A DNA stretch of 64,000 nucleotides from Cercozoa sp. M6MM (Eukaryota; Protista; Endomyxa: Ascetosporea): NCBI GenBank assembly GCA_040357565.1, contig JBDODJ010000023.1. The stretch is one strand, 5' to 3'. Positions 50,301 to 62,777 of this stretch are shown here, in pieces (position 1 is the first letter of the stretch; each line of letters opens with the position of its first letter). The notes under the pieces were generated by a model. It saw nothing but the letters and a program-made list of their open reading frames with translations. It searched no databases and was not told the origin of the DNA. Position numbers and translations under genes: made by a program.

Positions 50301-52544
50301 GCGCAAGCAGTGATACCGCACGACTATCTGCCCAAGCGTAGTGGAGTTTTTTCCATTCGCATCGACGTCAGTCGGCCCGACTTTTACCTGCCGTCTGTGC
50401 TGGTGGAAGTCGAGCTGCTTCTGGATGCTGTACTTTCTACTACATATTCTACCCCCCCCCCTACTCCCTCGCTCAGGTGGTGGCAGCAGTGGCAGGCGGC
50501 GAGTTGCGTGTTTTGCCTGTACTTTCGACTTGTGTCTTTCTTGCCTACCCTCGTGTATACCCAGTGTGGACAGAACCCGCAAGTGGAGTTGCAGGCAGAT
50601 TTCGCTGCCTTCTCGTACGATCCCAACGGTACACGTGTGCCCATGGTTTGGATCACTGACTGAGTGACTGGGTGACTGGGTGACTCACCGTTTGATAGGC
50701 ATCTACGATCAGTCGGAACTGCAGTTCAAACTCTCTGATTGTCGCACACAAAATGGCAGCGACTGCACCACTTTCTTCCTTTCGGCGGTGGCTTTGGCTC
50801 TGCCATGTTGCTTTTTTAAATACGTATATAATATAAGTTTATATATATATGTGTATACCACAGGTGAACACAACGCTGTTGGAGCACACAGGCCTGCTGC
50901 ACGTCCCGGCGGACGCACTGGCACCGTCGGAGCAGTACGACCTCACCGTCAATGTGAGTGTTCCGGATGTGCCAACGCACGTGGACTCTGCCACGGTGCC
51001 GCTGTCGATTCGAGTGGATGACTCGTTGCCCGACAATCTGATCTCGGTAGCTTGGTCACTCTGTGGTCACTATATATGATCATGTGGTCACTGTGGTCAC
51101 TGTGTGTGTGTATGTGTGTAGGTGTCGGTGCAGCTGCAGAGTGTGCTGCCGCCGCTCGTGTCACAACAGGACGTGCTGCGCATCGTACCTCTCTCTCTTT
51201 CTTTGGTCACCCTGTGTGGTCATTCTGTGTGGTCACGCTGTGTGGTCACTCTGATCAGGAAGGCACAGTGGTCACCGAGAAGAGCGACGCCGTCATTCGG
51301 TACCAATGGTACGAAGTCGACGCTCGGTTGGACGACGTGTCGCCGGCGCAGCTGCTGACACCGCTGGACGGTCGCAACCTCGCCATCGACGCCTTTGCAC
51401 TGGTACATTGTGGCGCTACACTTTGGGTGTCCATTTGTACCAGTAGATTTGGACTGGTATCAATGTGTAGCCACCTGGCGAGTATCGCTTCCGACTCAAT
51501 GCGAGCGACACTACCTATGGCGCTTTCTCGGTGTGCCCCCTCTCCCGTTTACCCACCTCTGTTTACCCCCCCCCCCAATGCAGATGGGTGAAGCGCGGGT
51601 GGTCGTAGTCGATGCACCTGTGATCTCGCAGACACTGGCGAATCAGACCAGTAGCGACACTGTCAATCTCTCGGTCGTGGTACTATACCTATACAACCCT
51701 TACCCCCTTGATGTACTATGAATGAGGCAGGCCACAGTACTTCCGAGTGCGGCACCAATGCAAGTGCGTTGGTGGGTCGACCTGTCCAACGAGGGTTCCG
51801 AGACCTCGCTCACGGACTGGTCGACTCGGATGATGTCGACGGTGTCTCTGCCGACTGGCGATCACACCGTGCATGGTGCCTTTACCCATCTACTTAGTTA
51901 TGTGTGTGCTTATATGTACGTATGGATATATAAATTTATATATGTATATATTTATGTATACATATATGTGCAGTGCAAGTCCGCGACAGCGTGGGCGGTG
52001 TGGCTACAGCATCGACCACTGTCGCGGTCGTTTCCTCTGCAGGTAGACTTGACTAATTGAGAGAGAAAGAGTACTAGTATGTCCTATTTGTACCCTTGCT
52101 ACAGACCAGTGCGAGGTGTCGCTGAACAAACTGGCCGAGACACGTGCGTCTGGCCGCGTGTCGGACGCCTTACTGGCCGTGATCCAGGTGACTGGTAGCC
52201 ACCTGTACCGACCGAGCACGTGCCCAGGACTGTCGCAGCAGGTGCTGCTGTCGCTCGCCTTGTTCCGACAGGTGCATGTGTACAGTGCCACTGAGTGTGC
52301 GCACCCTGAAGCACACCTCCTGGCTGAGGTATCCTCCTTTCGTGAATATATGTCGATATATATATATATACGTTTATATATTTTTATAAACATATGTATA
52401 TTTGTGTTATAGGTGTGCATGTATTTATATGTTATAAACGTGGGTGCACAACAGGCCATGCGACTGAGCACGCAACTCTTCCTCCAGTTGGGAGTGAGTC
52501 TGCATGCTAGCGATTTCGACCTGCTCGTTGGAGGTATGTATTTC

Positions 52545-52577
<33 letters not shown>

Positions 52578-55386
52578 GTGTGTGTGTCTGTGTGTGTGTG
52601 TGTATTCTTGATAAATACGCATTTGTAGAACAAGGCATGACGCACGATCTGCTGTGTGCTGTCGACAATGACTTCGTACACGACACTGTGCGCATACTGG
52701 TACGCCGTACCCCGAGATTTGAATTTATCTCAAGGTGGTCAACTATGGCTTGTATTTGCAGGCACAAACTGGCGCCACATTGAGCAACACACTTGCTCTC
52801 GCGACAGCTTCTCTTGTACTTGCCCTTTTAAATTACTTTTTGTCTTACCCCCCCCCCCCCCCGTAGAACGGAGCGCCGCTGTGTTATGTCACACACCAAA
52901 TCACTGAGTTCACAACTGAGGTACAGTCACGTTTCTCTCGTTGAGGCGTTGAGGGTGCGCATTTGCCCTCTGTCTCTATCCGTAGCTCTTGATTGCCAAA
53001 CTGGCACCTGCACTCGCTGGCGAACATCCAGAGTAAATTCACCTCGTGTTTTCTTCTCAACAGTTTATTCGTCCAAACGGCCTTTAAAAAACGCACTGTG
53101 TCTTAGGTACGCCGAGTTCGACAATGTATTCGGTGCTGGTGCGAAGTTTGACGCAGGCACACGAGTCACTTTGTCTGGTGAGTTACTGTACATTGCAAGA
53201 TTCTGAGCAGTTTTGTTGTTTCGCTTTTTTGTCAGTTTTTGCAACTGTCTCGCTCAGGTGAAGTGCAAGTCGAGGTGCCAGAAAACGCGTTTGAGAACCC
53301 AGGCGAAGTGGTACTGAGCTTTGGTTTTTTGTGTTTGCTGCCTTTTGTTTTGATGTTCAGTCATTTCTGCTAGTGTTTTCGCAGAGTGTGACAGTTTCGG
53401 CACTCGATTCGTCGCTCAGCAGTAAATTACTTCTCCAAAATGTTGTTCTGTTGCAGTTAACACACAAACGTGTGCACATGGTAGCTTGCTTTGCTGCCGA
53501 AAACTCAGCTTCGCCCGATGGTTTGTTTCGCTGCTCTTGACTCTAGTTGTTGAAAAAACTGAATGAAATGGGTTGGCTACAGACACGTGCTCGGTGACGG
53601 ATATCAATGCTCAGAACGGCGCACTTCGGTACCGCTTCCATTCTTTTTATTTTGGTAGCAACTGGATGACTTGATAACCTAATGCGATGTGTAACTGCGG
53701 CAGTGACATCACGTTCGCGCTGACCTGCAGCGATCAGCACCAGTACCGTGTGGACGGTACCGATAGTGCTCTACCTCTGACTGGGTCACTGTGCTTTTTG
53801 TTCCGACACAGAATGCGAAAGACCTCATGCCACGTGTCGTTGGTTCGACTCGGGCACTCATGTAGCACCGTCTTTACCCGTACCATTATTGTATTGATCC
53901 TTTTGCTTGTACTCACCCCAGAGTTGGCGGCAAGACGGTTGCAGGACGGTGTCGGTGACTCCGTCGGCAGACGGTGTGCACACGGTATACCAGTGCCGAT
54001 GCGAGCATCTGACGACTTTCGCCATGGTGAAGGAGATGACGCACTGCCGCAGCAGCGAGAGCGGTGTCTATGTGCCGTTTGCTGGCACCTTCGGCTTTGT
54101 TGCACTGCTGGCCGTTGGGCAATCTGTACGGTAGGTCCAGTTGTACCCGTCGAGGTTATTTCAAGGTGCCTATGTGCAGGTATGTGGCTGCCACACGGGC
54201 GCACAAGCGCAGCAAGGGTCTCGTACTGCAACACGCCGGCGTCGTTGTCGTCGCCTTGGCTCGTGTGGCCGCCTGTATCTACCTGGTACTGTTGGGAGGT
54301 CCTGTAGTACCCAGTCCAGTCCAGTCCATCTGTGCCTATACTGTATGGCCATATGTGGCAGGAGTCCAAGGAGGACCCATCGGTGACAGTGACGGTCGTG
54401 TTGTTGAGTGTGCCCATGTGCCTGGTGTACTGGGCCTTCACCTACGTCGTCGTGCAGTGGGCTGGCATCATTCACTTTGCAATGAGTCACCCCGGCGACC
54501 CGACGGCCAAGCTGCGCCGTGTCTTCTTCCCTGTCAACTTGGCTTTAGCGTAACTTTGTCGTCTCTCTAGCCTTGTGTTCTTTTGTGTGTAGATGTAAAC
54601 CTTGTAGTGCCATCCTGGTGGTAACGATTGCCGTGGCTTCGACAGGCAACGATGCCGCCGCCGATGCTGGCTCCGTCATTGTCGCCTCAGTTTCACTGCT
54701 GACTGCTGTCGGTTTCATCGTGTACCATGCCCTTCAACAAGCGTGTTGTGTACTTGTTTTTGTACTCGTGTTGTACTTGGATTGTGCTGCACAGGTACGG
54801 CACACTGCTGCTGCGTCAGATGTCTCGCTCGCAGCAAATGGGCTCCACTAGCGATGAGAAAACGCGAGTCATGCGTCAGGCTGCTCGTAGACTGTACGTA
54901 CACTTTTTTATTGAGGGAGAGATAGGCCTCTGTACTGCTATCTGTCAATGTAGGTTCTTGGTGACACTGTTGACGTCGCTGGCTTTCATCGTGCAGAGTG
55001 TCGTCGTGTTGTGGAGTGTGTCAGACACGACAGCTTTTTCCGACAACAGCAATGCCTTCCAGGCGGTCTACTGGTCGGCCGAGGCACTCACGCTGCTGCT
55101 GCTGCTGTTTCTGTACCTCTCGCTTGTGCGACGCTCCGTCGAGGAGAAAAGGTACCTTCTTCACACTGTCAGTGTTGTTGGATTCAATACTTTCCTCTAG
55201 GACACGCACGTCTGTCGCGAGCAAGAGCACCGCGGGCGAGGCGCTTCGTGGCACCACCCGTACCCAAGCTTGATAAGCATGACACCTACTGGACTACCTC
55301 CTATGTGTCCTCTCTCGCGCTGTGCAGAAAGTCCCCGCAGCATCGCTGGTGACACCGTGTCGAGAACTGATGTCGAATTGACATGA
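47321..55386 (+). CDS. Large receptor: signal peptide, long ectodomain (REJ/PKD-like), GPS motif, multi-pass (about 7TM) domain
   Basis: MTPLVFLLLALSTFACSA; RYQWY...NLAIDAFAL-PPGEYRFRL; GPS CRWFD...WRQDGC...CRCEHLTTFAMV; about seven hydrophobic helices. Many exon boundaries are approximate. Confidence 0.75.
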
Positions 55387-55599
55387 TCGCTGTAACTAAA
55401 AGGCAGTTAAGTCCTCCGCGCCGTTACTGTCCTTCTCGTCTTTTGGTTGTCGTGTTCGCGTCTGCTGTCTCATTCTGTCATTGAGTTGGTTACCGCCCGG
55501 GCCAAATCTGGCGTACTACATCGTCGAATTAGTTTAGTATCGTCCTCCTTCTGTTGATACAGGCTGCAGCGCAGGGAGTGAATTATTGTTGTCCCTTCA

Positions 55600-57160
55600 T
55601 CACATGCGATTGGGTGGCTTGGCGAGCGAAATTCACTGCAGGTGAAACCCCGTCTGATAGTCCGAGCGCGAGATTGCTACACATAATGTGAGAAGGTTTA
55701 GGGCACTCTCACCACCGCAGTTGACTTGCAGTCACTCACACGGAAGTCAATGCAGAACGACAACTGGCAGCTGTTTACTCAGGTAAAATCGCTGTCGATG
55801 CGGAACATTGACAAAGCTCAGTTCAATGCGTCCTAATCGTTTCTAGTACGATGTCGAAGCCTATGCATCGTACGCAATTGCGCACATGTGCTACTGGTCA
55901 CTGGGATTGGCAACGCTCAGACTCGACTTGAGACACCTCGCGCTGAAAAAGTTCGCTATAGATGCTACTTTCTGTTTCTGAAACATCTTCCTTGAAATGT
56001 GTGTGCGCAGTCGAATGCAGCCGACTCAACATCCATTGTACTGATCATATATTGTTGAAACAGAGGCTCCGCTTAGCACATTGTTGCAACAGGACGAAAG
56101 TAGAAAACAAGCACATTCACCCGAACGTTGAGAAAATCCGCCACTTGCTTCGAGTGGTTTCATACCCTTGTACCCTTGCGTTTCCCGCACATGTTGACGA
56201 ACACTTGTTGTAGGTGTGCTTCAACTGGGTGGTGACGATCCCGGCTTCTTTCTACTTCACGCGCACGTTGCTGCATCATTTGGGTGCTCCTGGAATCGAT
56301 ACCTCGTGGCCTCTTCCGTCGATGCTGCGGTACGCTGTATTCATTTGAGAGTGTTGTGTCAGTTGTTTTGCGCAGGTTACTCAAGGAGTTGCTCATCAGT
56401 CTCGCAGGCGAAGCTGTCTTGTTTTACTACGTTCATCGTCTCTTTCATGTAAGTGAGAACACGCACACACACTGCCTTGTAGGTAAAATACACATGTATG
56501 GTATAAATACAGTGGAAAGGACTATACAAGTACCACAAGTTGCACCACGACTTCAAAGCACCCACCGCGCTTGCAATGATTTACGCGCACCCGCTCGAAG
56601 TATTCCTTGCCAACTTCGTTCCTTTCTACGTTCCGGTACAGTTTCGCTCAAAAAGTGCAAAACAGCACCAAAAACACTCCCGCACAATAGAAAATTGTTA
56701 CCCACTCCACAGGCCGCCGTATTTGGGTCTCACATCATCACGTTTTGGCTCTGGCTCTGCATTGGTGTGCTTGGCTCGGGCTTTCACCATGCGGGATATG
56801 CGTGGAAATGGAACCCCATCACGAACGAGACTTTGGTACCGCACCTGTAATTACCCTGACCAAACAATTAATGTAACTGTGGTGATGCAGGTGCGATTCC
56901 ACGACGATCACCATCTGTACTATAATGTTAACTTTGGCACCTACGGTCCGCTCGACTGGCTGCACAACACGCTGGGTGACGAGAAAGGCGACACGAGCTT
57001 CCATGGCTACGAGAGCGCTATCACTCTGTGGGAAAACAGCTCACGCATGCGGCAGCTGCATCCACGCCTGTACGGCGCAGTTGCTTGGGCGCTCCGCAAA
57101 CTTGATTGGCGACTGCGCACTGTACATACTATGAAAAATGCGCACTCAAAACCGGACTGA
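55600..57160 (+). CDS. Fatty-acid hydroxylase/sterol desaturase family protein; 5' end uncertain
   Basis: His boxes FYYVHRLFH, YHKLHH..APTALAMIYAHPLE, FHHAGY and FHDDHH..YNVNFG. Confidence 0.85.
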
Positions 57161-57382
57161 AACTCCGCGGATGTTGACACTGAACACTTGCGATAATTTG
57201 GTGTGCGTCGATGCATGGACTAGCATAATTACTGTATCTTCGTCGTATATCTGACGTGGAACTGACGTAATAAGTTACTTGCTAGCTACAGCGCAGCAGT
57301 ACCGCATGTATAGCTGACGTTACGTACGGTAAGAAACCGGTCAATCTTGAAAAGGAATCGAATTCTTTCCGTTCATTATTGT

Positions 57383-59330
57383 TTATTCCGGCTGCTCAGC
57401 CTCTTCAGTTTCGGCTTGCAATCTCAGCTGCTCACGTGCTTCCTGCGAGACATCAACACAACATGCTAGTCTGATAGCAGATTCAGACCGGCGTACCTGC
57501 TGGCGCAGCAAGTCAAGCATCTCGCGCGCGAAAGGAGCGTACGTGTGCGCAAGCTCGCCGACTTCCTGTTCAGACAGTGTGTAGCTAATCACCTGACGTA
57601 CAAACATCGCTACCTGATGCAAATGTCGCAACAAGCCGAGTTCGGTACTTTCGAGCAGCGCAGTGTCCTCAAAGGGATCTACTTGTACGTAGAACACATG
57701 TGTAGCACACCCAGCAAACAGACAAAGCAAGTGGTACCTCGGGAAACCTTGAGAGCGACGTAACGCATCTCCCAGGCGATAAAGACCACGAGACCGGCCA
57801 CGATGCCGTTGATGTGCCACTGGCGCAGCCACTTGCGGTTCTACAAACAATCAACAACTAACTCAACAAGCAGATCATTGAATGGGAAAACCGAGGTACC
57901 TTGTTCTTGTTGGATCTCGTCTGCATGCGCAGCACGTCATTGTGCAACTGTTCCATTGCGCCCATCTTGGCGGATCTCTTGTGCGCAGCTCAACGCTCTC
58001 TCACTACTGTAAATGCCTTTGTACAAGCACACACCCTGGCGCACCGGCTCTGCTCTAAGTTTAGTCGCCGATTCACACTGTTTTTATATTATTTTTGAGT
58101 TGCCGACTCAGGACTCGGATTAGTAGAATACGATAGAAAGAACGTAGATGCGACTACTGTCCATGTAGCACGAAACTCAGTCTGAACGAAACGAAATTCA
58201 CCATCCACGCGGATGCAACCGAACAAATCTACGCTAGGCAGCTCCAAGCAGCTTGGCAAGGGTGTGAGCCGAGACACCCGAATCGGCGTACTCGTCCTCG
58301 TCCTCCGAATCCTCATCACTGTCGGCAAAGGCACGGCCACCGCGTCTCTTCCAAGCCGTAATGTCCTGGGCTGTGGCGTAGTCTTCCTCGTCGCTGCCAG
58401 CCGCTCGGGCAAGACTGGCTAGTTCTTCCGCGCGGATGTGTCCGGGAAGTGTGTCAGCCAAAAATCGCACAGCATCCGCATTGGCAGGCTGCCGGCCCCA
58501 GAAGCGTCGTTGCTCGCGTGCAGATCTCCTGGTAGTCACCGTTGCATTGTCACTGAAAGCAAAAATAAAAAGCTGAATCGATCCAAGAAACGCTAGAGCA
58601 AAAAAGTGATTTTTTAACAGAACAAGGTACAGCAAAACAGATCGACTGGCCAGAGGTTGCACAACGGGTAGCTCTTGCTCCAATTCATCGTGCTCTGAGG
58701 CTTCTTCGTCGCCATCGGCGTCCATCGGCTCGGAAGCTTGTTGCGCTTCACGCACCTGACGCAGCAGATCAGCACTGTGCAAACGGAAAATCATAACGCG
58801 ATTTATTAAGCTTTTAAAGTGAAACTCAAGCTTTTGTTCTTCTGAAAACCATGTACCTCAGCTGGGCTCGCTCATGGAATTGACGGCGCTTGGCTTTCTG
58901 CTCTTCTCGCTTCTTTTGCTCCTCGCGTTGCCGCTCTTCCTCCTGCAGCAGCGATGTATGCTTGCTTCCCAGGGACAAGACATCAAACTAGCGTACATGT
59001 TTCCGTCTCTCTTCCTGCTGTTTGACGGCCACTGCGGTGCTCTGCTCCTCGACGGCATCCGAGTCGGAGTCGCCCTGCAAAAAACAAAATGATAGGACAT
59101 TGGATCACACCAATCGACCTGAACAAAACGCACCGCGAAGGACAGCCAGTTCGCGTCCTCAGGTTTGCTCGCCATGTGCACTGGCCTGTTTCGTTCAACA
59201 AGTACGAGCAGCTTCAAAATTGACGCTACACACCTTCCGGCTCTTCAGCTTCATGCTGAGTCGATACGAAGCAGGAGGTACCTTGTGCTGGGTTTTAAAG
59301 AGATCTAATGCTACACCACTGTATTGACAA
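57383..59330 (-). CDS. Hypothetical acidic protein
   Basis: Series of minus-strand exons with GT-AG introns (e.g. DSDEDSEDEDEYADSG), ending at TAA 57383. Start uncertain. Confidence 0.45.
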
Positions 59331-59500
59331 ATAGTTTCCATCACATCGAGTGCACATTATTCTATATTGCCCAGCGAAGAAGGGTGTGAATAAGAAGCTG
59401 TAGCCAGTGGAAAAGAAGGCAATTGTGCGCCAAGTTGTGTCTGTGTCAGTGCCTTGGGCATGAAGTAACAGAGTGCAGCAACACCACAAAGCACCCTGGA

Positions 59501-60984
59501 ATGGAGTTTGAGAGCATTGCGGCTCTTGAGTTGGGCGATGTTTACGTAATAAATCAAAAATCACGATAGGGAGGTGAACGTTGATTGATTCATGAGTTTT
59601 TGCAGAGTGAGTCCGGTGGGCAATTGTGGACGCTGGACTGGCATCCGCGCGGAGAGCTCATCGCGTGTGCCGGTGCATCGCGGAAGATTGACCTGATCGC
59701 GCGACGACCAGTGTTCAACGACGCTCCCGAACGATGGTACTTTGTTTTAAACCCCTTGCACCGTTGTCCCTTACCCCCTTTTACACCTGCAACTCAGGAC
59801 AAAGGTGGCTACACTGGACGGTGTGCATGATGGCACGATTCGCACGGTCGCGTGGAGTCCGTGTGGCAGGTTTTACCCCCTTTACCCACCTTACCCCCTC
59901 CCCCTTATTCTTCCTTCTTTTTACCCCCTCCCCCCTGATATTTTAGGTACCTCGCGTCCTGCAGTTTCGACGGCACGACAGCGGTAGCGTTTCTCCTGAG
60001 CGTTTCTCATAGGGGGCGTTTCTCCTGGGTGGGGGGTGTTTGCTTCTTCAGGTGCATTGTTGTTTTGGGGACAGATCTGGCAGCACGTGGACGCGTGCGA
60101 GGAGGGAGATTACGGCGGCGTGTTCCGCGCGGACGAGTTTGAGTGCGTGGCGCAGCTGGAGGGTCACAAGAGCGAGGTCAAGTGCGTCGCGTGGTCGCCG
60201 TGTGGCACGCTGCTGGCCACGTGCTCGCGCGATCATACCATCCTGCTGTGGGAAGGTACCCGCCTTTACCCCCATCCCACCCACTTACCTCTACTCCTAC
60301 CCTACGGTCTTACCCCCCCCCCCCCCAGTGGAGGACGATGAGGTGGACTGCCTGGCCGTACTGGAAGGTCACTCGCAGGATGTCAAGTCAGTACTCTTCC
60401 TGTCGACAGGCATGCTTCTCAGCACGTCGTACGACGGCAGTTTCCGCGTCTGGCGCTGCGCCGACGAGGACAGTGCGCGCGACGAGTGGTACCAGCACCA
60501 GACGCTCCAGGTGCCCGAGTCTGAGTAACACCTGCTTTAACCCTCCCTCCACTTTACCCCCCTTTACCCCCTACCCCCTCCCCACAGTAAAGCGACAGTG
60601 TGGAGTGCGGCCAAGTCGCGCGACGACGCCGAGTCGGTGGCCGTGTGTGATGCCAAGGGCCGCGTGGCCGTGTGCACGTGGCAGCTCAGTCCCAGCACAG
60701 GCGATCGGCACCTCAAGGTGACCACCTCACTGCCTGTAAGTCAGCGCGAACTCTTCTCTCTCGACTTCAATGGCCAAGGTGCTTTGCTGTGTTCCGGCGC
60801 CGACGACGCGCTGCGTGTGCTGCGACCGCTCGACTCAGACAACGCACTGCTTGCCGAACAAGCTTGTGCACACGCGCAGGACATCAACTGCGCGCGTTTC
60901 TCGCCTGTCAGCGACGATGTCGTTGCCTCGTGCGGCGACGACGGCTTCCTGCGCATCTGGCGACTCCAACCTCACCAACAGTGA
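59501..60984 (+). CDS. CIA1: WD40 cytosolic Fe-S assembly protein CIA1/CIAO1
   Basis: [14 protein letters not shown]; ASCSFDGT; [20 protein letters not shown]; ATCSRD; GHSQDVK; AHAQDINC; ASCGDDG. Confidence 0.9.
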
Positions 60985-61071
60985 TGTTTTCTTGCGTTAT
61001 TTATCAACTTACGTTAAAACCCCAGCTAAATTTGACGCAAACCAGCCACGCTAGTTAAACGAAAACTAGCC

Positions 61072-61320
61072 TGTTACTGCATAGCGTTTCTCAATCACAT
61101 CTGTGACGATCAAATCTGAACCAGTCTGGCTAATTTTTATGGATTTTGTTTTGTTAGACCTGACTTCCTAGCCTGAGTTAAGCTTTCTACAGCTCACGCA
61201 CTTTTGACTGCAGTGCTTGGGCTGATTTAACTGCGCTTTCGACGACTTTTCGACGTCCTACGCTAACTGACGTTCACACTTCTCCGATACCTTAGTTACC
61301 GGTTTATTTATACCGTAACA
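61072..61320. mobile_element. Solo-LTR-like element, copy 2 (249 bp)
   Basis: TGTTACTGCATAGCGTTTCTCAA...TATACCGTAACA. Shares internal blocks (TAGACCTGACTTC, AAGCTTTCTAC, ATACCTTAGTTAC) with copy 1. Flanks AGCC/AGCA match at 3 of 4 bases. Confidence 0.7.
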
Positions 61321-61339
61321 AGCAAAACAGCCCAAAGTA

Positions 61340-62273
61340 TCACCAGTTCGCCAGATCAAAGACGTCCGACAGCGTGGAGCACTTGCGAGCAGCTTTGCCT
61401 TCGACGGCACTGGCAGTATCGACAGAGACGGCACTCGCCTGCATGGCAACGACGCGACGAACGTGCGGACAAACGCTCTCAACGACGTCTCGGTCGCTGC
61501 TCACGGTATCGTCGGTCACTGCACGCAACAGCGTAATGAGCTAAACAATTTGTTTTTTCGACCGGCTGGAACTTACGAAAGAGCTCCGGCTGCAACTGTC
61601 GCACAGCGGCGCTGAAACCAATCGTGCTTCGACTCACGAGAATTCGCTGTGCTCAAATCAACAAAAAACGACAAAAGAACAGTGACATGAAACAACGCAC
61701 GTGCGGCGAGATTTCGTCTTTCGTGAAGCCAAGATCGGCGATGTGCTGACGCGTTTCCTCCAGATCCGAAGAGGTTTGCTTCTTCACATCAGTGCTTCCA
61801 GCGGGAACCAATGGAAGACGTCGAATCTGCAAGAAGCAACTTAACTCTTAGCATCCAAGTCAAGTCAAGCCAACTCAAGTCAAGTCAAGCCAACTCAAAG
61901 AGCAAAAGGCGTACCACGACAACTCGGTGCAGTTTGCAGAGTTGTTTCATCAGATTGAGTGTGTCACTGTTAATCGTGTGCATCAACGCATCGTACGTGA
62001 GCACAATGGAGCGCTTGATTCGCCCGGAGAGAAACACATCGCGCAGTGTCTGCATCGACTTTGACTCGGATGACTCAGCTTGCTCCACCGCAGGCGAGGT
62101 CGGCTCTGAACCCGGCCGTTGCGGCCTTCGTCGTCGCTGTTATAATGACAGCAGCGATGACAACTACAAACAAGTCGAAAGCAGAAGCGTACATCTTTTC
62201 CTGAGACGAAAAAGTAAATTGCGACAACGACAACAACACCCAACAGAAGCGAGCGCTTCACGTTGGGAGGCAT
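61340..62273 (-). CDS. PEX22-like peroxin (plant-type)
   Basis: N-terminal TM (LLLGVVVVVAIYFFV). RILVSRSTIGFSAAVRQLQPE resembles the plant PEX22 motif KVLFCST..GR.SFVRQLEP as I recall it. Confidence 0.55.
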
Positions 62274-62777
62274 CCCTGCACAGATCCAAACGTACTTTCG
62301 ACATAATTCATTTTCATACTAGCGTAATTTCGCACGGTAAGGCACCTCGGAGCGCCCAATCGCGCAACGTGCTGCGGATCACGTCAACAACGCTCCCCAT
62401 CCAAAACGATATTTTGCAAAGAGGACCAATCGCTAACTGCGCCAGACAAACAGTTGGAAAGTATTGCGTTCCGTCTGCTCCCAAACCGTGGGCGCAGATT
62501 AAACAGCACAGCAGCAGAAACGAGGGTTTCTTCGTGTAGAAAATGGCTACAGCTCAGATCATATCTGCTCGTTTATCTGCGACGCTGCACTGCTCAGGCG
62601 TGTGCTTGTTACTGCAGGTGTTTTTGGATGCAGCGACAGCCACTTTTGAGCCATGTCAGAATCGAATTTTGTACCATCAGCCAATATTTATTCCACTGTT
62701 GGGAGGGTGGTTTTATGTTGTCTCAGGAGTACGGGCCTACGCAGCGGTCCACGCTATCGATCGATCTGGCGTCAGAG

